In this document: piece after piece, positions 55,062-64,000 of the stretch
How positions within the stretch are numbered: position 1 is the stretch's first letter
Layout: each line of letters begins with the position of its first letter
NCBI GenBank assembly: GCA_002269645.1
Contig: NIVC01001459.1
Location: forward strand, 186,001-250,000
Length of the DNA: 64,000 nt
Direction of reading: 5' to 3'
DNA from: Macrostomum lignano
Lineage: Eukaryota
Position numbers and translations under genes: made by a program
The notes under the pieces: generated by a model
Databases searched by the model: none
The model's input: the letters and a program-made list of their open reading frames with translations, nothing else
What the model was told of the DNA's origin: nothing

Positions 55062-56264
55062 TCAAGTGCTGGGCCTAAGAGCGACTATAAAAGCGAGCTT
55101 TTTCCTTTGGGGGTGACTCTGCAGTCTGCACTTGATTCTAATCCTATGTGATGAGGCGCTGAAAGCCAAGCGGATAAAAGCGAACCCAAGAAAAGGCTCT
55201 GATGCTTCAAAGCACGCTAAAATTTGTTCGTTGTATTGTGCGCCGTCAGACTTCGCGGACCCGACTCGAACCCACAACGACGTTATGAAACTCTCGCCGC
55301 TGAAATGCAGGTACTTGAAATGGTACCGTGCCCAGCATATTCTCAATGCGCGGTCCTACTTGTCTAAAACTCCTGGCGATCGAACGACCATCTGCTTCAA
55401 ATAATCTCTTCTGCTCGAATTAAAAAGGAAAAAGAACGATTGGAGGCTCAGTGTGAAGCTTTTTCTGCTCAGTAACATTTGATGGACTTGCTGATGGTCC
55501 TGCTGATGGACAGGCGACAGAGCTTCCGCGTTGTCAGCAGTTCGTCTACCTCGGCGGTCTGGTTCCCAGCTTTGGTGAGGATTTGCGGCGTCGCCGCGGG
55601 CTTGCCTGGGCTGCCTTTCGTTCTGATAGAGCAGTCCTGCAGTCCGAGGCCCTACCTGACCGCCAGAGGGCGTCGTTGTTCCAGACGGTGGTCAAGACCG
55701 TCCTGTTCTACAACGCCGAGATCTGGACGCTGATGGATTCGCTCGAGCAACAAGTTGACGCGGCGCATGCTGGCCTTCAAGATCGGCTACGAGTGAGTGA
55801 CCAATGCGGCATTGTATCACTGCGCTGGCCTGGTCCGTCTAAGCGACCTGTTGGGTCAGATACTTGCGACTCCAGCTGGCAGACCACATCATCCGCGCCG
55901 AGTCGTACTGCCCACAACCGGTGCAGGAGGTGCTGCTTCTGACGCTGCAGGCACCATACCGGCGGGGCAGGCGCTCAATCGGCGTTTCGATGACTGCCTG
56001 CTGGCTGACGACGGCGCCCCGGGTTCGCCCGGCGGCGTGGCGTTCGTTCGCGACCTGGCCTTGAGACGCGCTCTGTGACGCTGACTGCGTATTCTGTTGT
56101 TGTTTTTGTTTGCTTTTTGTCGGTAACATTTGAAAGACTAAATCAGCACGCTTGTCGCTTTCTGATTTCTGAATCTCTGATGCTGTTGAAGAACACAGAA
56201 GGTTCAGCTGCCTTGCTTGAGCTTCCTTTCCTGCCTTGGTCATCAATAAACTATAGTCACTCAA
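55062..56264 (-). pseudogene. Degenerate P-like transposase remnant interrupted by an RTE fragment
   Basis: Removing 55483-56122 plus one TSD copy gives one frame: ..FQMLLSRKSFTLSLQSFFFLFNSSRRDYLKQMVVRSPGVLDK*..VGSAKSDGAQYNEQIL..IKCRLQSHPQRKKLAF. SDGAxxN resembles the P-transposase catalytic Asp motif. One internal stop; heavily deleted. Confidence 0.55.
55483..56122 (+). mobile_element. 5'-truncated, frameshifted RTE-clade LINE fragment
   Basis: ELPRCQQFVYLGG..RRRRGLAWAAF..VLFYNAEIWTL..RLQLADHIIR (C-terminal RT region); flanked by an 11-bp duplication gtaacatttga (55472-82 / 56123-33). Confidence 0.8.
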
Positions 56265-56535
56265 GCATTTATTGCCTTGGCACTGGTATATAAATGGGGA
56301 ATATATACCATTTATTCACCATAATCCACAGTTTTCTCGTTCTTTCTTCACGCGTCCAGCTCTGCGGCCTACAGAGTGTTGTTCGTTCTCTGTTGTCGTT
56401 GTGTATTTTTAACAATAGCAATAACAGAAATCATAGGACTTTGTTTTGAACTTATTATCATTAATTTCAACTTTATAACAAATTTACTGTTATTAACTTA
56501 ACTTTTTTAACTTATTATCCAAGATTAAAAACGTA

Positions 56536-62419
<5,884 letters not shown>

Positions 62420-63601
62420 TTAAAACAATAAAGATTAATATTTAGTCAGAATTAGTGTAAAACTAGTTTTGTGGGGAATACAGGGCTAGAATAGCGCTCG
62501 TTGGTGGGCCTAAGTTGGTACGCCCCCACACAGAGGTTTCTCATCCAGGTTCTAGTTATAGAGAAATCCTTGTACCGTCCTGTGTCAGTGCTTTGGGGTT
62601 TGAGGACTCTTCCCTCTCTGTCCCCTTCTCTCCCTCGATCAATTCCCGAGTCCTTTCTTTCATTGAGGGGTTGAGCGCTCCCTGTTACGCAGCCTGCTTT
62701 GTGAAGGTGATTTCCATCGCCTAAAGGTGTAGGGGCAATGGGAGATTTGTCTCAGTTCTAGCCGGCTCCCGAATAGACGAAAAACGCGCCGACTGAGTGA
62801 GTCGCCTACAACCCCACTCCCTCCCTGCCTCCCATCCCTCCTGTCCATCACGAGTTCCTTGTGCGGTTTTGCATCCCGCCCCCCCCCCCCGACGTTCCCC
62901 TGCGCCCGCCCCATCCATCCATCTTCCTTTTGAGTCTTATTATTTGCTTTTCTATCCAGGAACCCCTGCACCACAACCTCTTGGACGAAAGGTCTCGGTC
63001 GGTTATTTCTATATGGGAGGAGGATTGTCTATTCTAAGCTCAATCTATCAATCACTCTACTAGCTCAAGCTCAATCTCAGAATAACACTCGCATCCAGCA
63101 CAAACTAGCTTTGTATAAGCTTTACTATGATACAGTGTTAGCTATCGTGACTATTTCGGCTCGTGTGCAAGCAATTCTGTCAGTATAATTTGGCTTTTTA
63201 TATGTTTAAACCTTATCTTGGGGCTGAGGCCTGTACAGTGTTAAAAGAATTCAGATTTGTCACCCAGGCACAAGCGAACAAGTAGTCCTGTGATTGCAGT
63301 TGTTGTACAGTACTGATAAAGCACTTCTACGTCTTTACCTATTTAAAGTGTTTATAAATTTATCTGTATATTTACCAGGCCTAGCTATAATTCTTTCAGA
63401 ACCGAAACACTAATTAACGAGCAAGTATCTCAGGAACCCAGGAAGCAATGCGCATTGGACTGTTCTGCTATTTTCGACGATGGAACAGCTTGATTTCATC
63501 GGCAAGAGGAAGGAGGCAGCTTCGCTGGTTGCTAGCGGCCTGCTGTTTGACAGTTCTGCTTGGATGGCAAAGTGAGTCTTTACTAAGCTTATCGTAGTAG
63601 T

Positions 63602-63788
63602 TGTAGCCTAGAGGTTCTGAAGCCCAGTGGTTAGAGTGTCGGACACACGACTTAAAGGTCGGGGGTTCGACTCTTAACCAACTCGGAACAATTTGTGTCA
63701 TTGAGCAAGACGCTTAACTCTTTGCTTCAGTTCACCCAGTTGTAAAATGGGTGCCAGCATTAGCCATAGGGTAATTGAGGGTGTGTGA
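63602..63788 (+). mobile_element. tRNA-derived CORE-type SINE, copy 3
   Basis: Same family in opposite orientation; short insertion in the 5' tRNA-like part, and shortened 3' end. Confidence 0.8.
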
Positions 63789-64000
63789 TAAGTCAAATGG
63801 GCGGAATCAGATCAATTGTTGCTATCATTATGCTCACTGGAGATTGTAACACTCCAGCATGCAAAAGGAGAATTGCAAGCTGCAGCATTAACCTCATAAT
63901 CTAAAAATGCGCCCGAAACAACCTAGCTAAGTTAGGGAACTGATGAATCCTTCCAAACTCAACACCCGTCAGTTCTGATGCAAAACGATCTGGAACTCCG

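Noticed and set aside
62660-62974. VVGDSLSR as an SGNH/GDSL esterase block of a CR1-type ORF1
   Set aside because: Only the first block matches; downstream blocks are absent in all frames.

Overview
Eukaryotic, intron-rich, minisatellite-laden animal DNA. GC-rich exons in AT-rich introns filled with 19-35 bp satellites suggest a flatworm such as Macrostomum (inference only). No rRNA, true tRNA gene or CRISPR array is supported. Three spliced genes were reconstructed by hand with matching GT-AG sites and codon phases: (1) the 3' end of a coiled-coil + UBZ1-type zinc-finger gene (151-1924, +); (2) a complete 11-exon FSTL4/5-like gene (25671->6075, -, about 830 aa); (3) a complete 9-exon FMNL/FRL formin (30737-48720, +, about 1109 aa), head-to-head with gene 2. 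Mobile DNA: a full-length LOA/R1-group LINE (9021-14857, 13-bp TSD, intact ORF2) in an FSTL intron, a 54-bp 3' fragment of a related LINE, three tRNA-derived CORE-SINEs, a probable hAT-type MITE, and a nested stack (P-like transposon with 38-bp TIRs and 7-bp TSD containing an RTE fragment and a head-to-tail Helitron-like dimer). The top finding is a candidate HDV-like self-cleaving ribozyme. Its predicted cleavage site coincides exactly with the TSD-defined 5' end of the LINE, and it has an unusual compensatory A-U/C-G P1.1 helix and large J1/2 and P4 inserts. All family assignments come from recalled motifs; no searches were run.
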